Below, piece after piece: positions 63,635 through 64,000 of a stretch of 64,000 bases of DNA. The notes below the pieces were generated by a model, which was given only the letters and a program-made list of their open reading frames with translations, did not search any database and was not told the DNA's origin. This DNA is from Candidatus Omnitrophota bacterium (lineage in GTDB: Bacteria > Omnitrophota > Gorgyraeia > Pluralincolimonadales > CAZUZR01), in assembly GCA_043821025.1 (NCBI GenBank), contig JBDRDF010000032.1, forward strand, positions 11,261 to 75,260, read 5' to 3'. The stretch's first letter is position 1. Each line of letters starts with the position of its first letter. The translations under genes were made by a program, and so were the position numbers.

Positions 63635-64000
63635 ATGGGCACAGTAGACATTTCAGAGTTAAATACTCGTCAAAAGATAATTAACGCGGCACTTTTGGTT
63701 GCAGCGAAAGAGGGCTTTATAAGGGCCACCACAGACCAGATAGCCAAAAGAGCCGGTGTCTCCGAAGGCATAATCTATCACTATTTTAAGAGCAAATACG
63801 ACCTTTGCTGCAATATGATAAAGGAGTATGCCGAAGAGTTCAGACAAAAACTTGTTGATGAAATCGAGAAAAGCCGCACCGCAAAAGATAAATTAGGCAA
63901 ATTGATAGATTTCCATTTTGAGTATTTTACCGGGAAGGATAATATCTTTCAGGCAATCTATGGAAAGTCAGGCGATACAACGGTAATGATGGGTCATATC
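63635..64000 (+). CDS. TetR/AcrR-family transcriptional regulator (3' end lies outside the window)
   Basis: It has an N-terminal HTH (RQKIINAALLVAAKEGFIRATTDQIAKRAGVSEGIIYHYFKSKYDL). The ORF is open to the window end. It is absent from the ORF track. Confidence 0.65.
   Translation, partial: MGTVDISELNTRQKIINAALLVAAKEGFIRATTDQIAKRAGVSEGIIYHYFKSKYDLCCNMIKEYAEEFRQKLVDEIEKSRTAKDKLGKLIDFHFEYFTGKDNIFQAIYGKSGDTTVMMGHI

Noticed and set aside
1-64000. Search for CRISPR arrays, tRNA/rRNA genes and IS/transposase or integrase genes
   Set aside because: No spaced direct-repeat arrays, no cloverleaf-capable intergenic regions and no transposase or integrase-like ORFs were seen. Intergenic regions are short and occupied by promoters or operators.

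Overview
Low-GC (about 40%) bacterial chromosomal segment, almost entirely coding and mostly plus-strand, organised into four functional islands.

- **Glycan-utilisation locus (about 10.6-29.6 kb).**
  - It is driven by a near-consensus sigma70 promoter followed by a repeated palindromic leader motif.
  - It encodes two PEP-CTERM (exosortase-sorted) secreted proteins.
  - It encodes an ABC sugar importer with unusual architecture: a substrate-binding protein fused to a permease, and a second permease carrying an inserted CBM-like domain.
  - It contains a GH94-type glycoside phosphorylase, and a second copy is truncated at the window start.
  - It contains a ROK regulator and two tandem phosphohexomutases.
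  - It contains an expanded paralogous family of CBM11/CIA30-like beta-sandwich domains, at least 8 copies across 7 genes.
  - It contains four GH-A-clan-like TIM-barrel proteins with a (D/N)EP motif.
- **Sulfur-assimilation and siroheme supercluster (about 29.6-46.5 kb).**
  - Two PiT-family (CysP-like) permeases are present; one is interrupted by an in-frame TAG.
  - An Rrf2 regulator, an Fe-S APS/PAPS reductase and a JAMM/MPN+ protease are present.
  - Tetrapyrrole genes are present: hemA, a hemC-like gene whose third domain is replaced by a LMW-PTP/ArsC-like domain, a cobA-hemD fusion, hemB and hemL.
  - A ThiS-like(GG)-cysteine synthase fusion with an internal SD+ATG and an AsrC/DsrA-like siroheme sulfite reductase are present.
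  - A second module comprises TusA, two ThiF/MoeB E1-like enzymes, a zinc-ribbon ThrC-like PLP enzyme and a free CysO/MoaD-like protein ending in GG.
  - Together these imply cysteine, and probably homocysteine, biosynthesis through protein thiocarboxylates.
- **Copper homeostasis island (about 46.5-56.3 kb).** It encodes CsoR, a TolC-like protein, a CusB-like adaptor with an N-terminal heavy-metal-binding motif, a CusA-like pump with an inserted metal-binding motif, a periplasmic YHS protein and a CopA P-type ATPase. A GalT homologue lies within the island.
- **Biotin operon (about 57.7-63.5 kb).** The order is bioB-bioF-bioH-bioC-bioD/bioA (fusion). An E. coli-type BirA operator overlaps its consensus promoter, and a TetR-family gene with a perfect palindromic operator follows.

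Other genes include a GH16+F5/8-type C glucanase, a TldD/PmbA pair, a Ddl-like ATP-grasp, a SAM methyltransferase and an unannotated 58-aa Cys-rich peptide. No rRNA, tRNA, CRISPR or obvious mobile elements were seen. All family assignments are from motif recognition by eye, without database searches.
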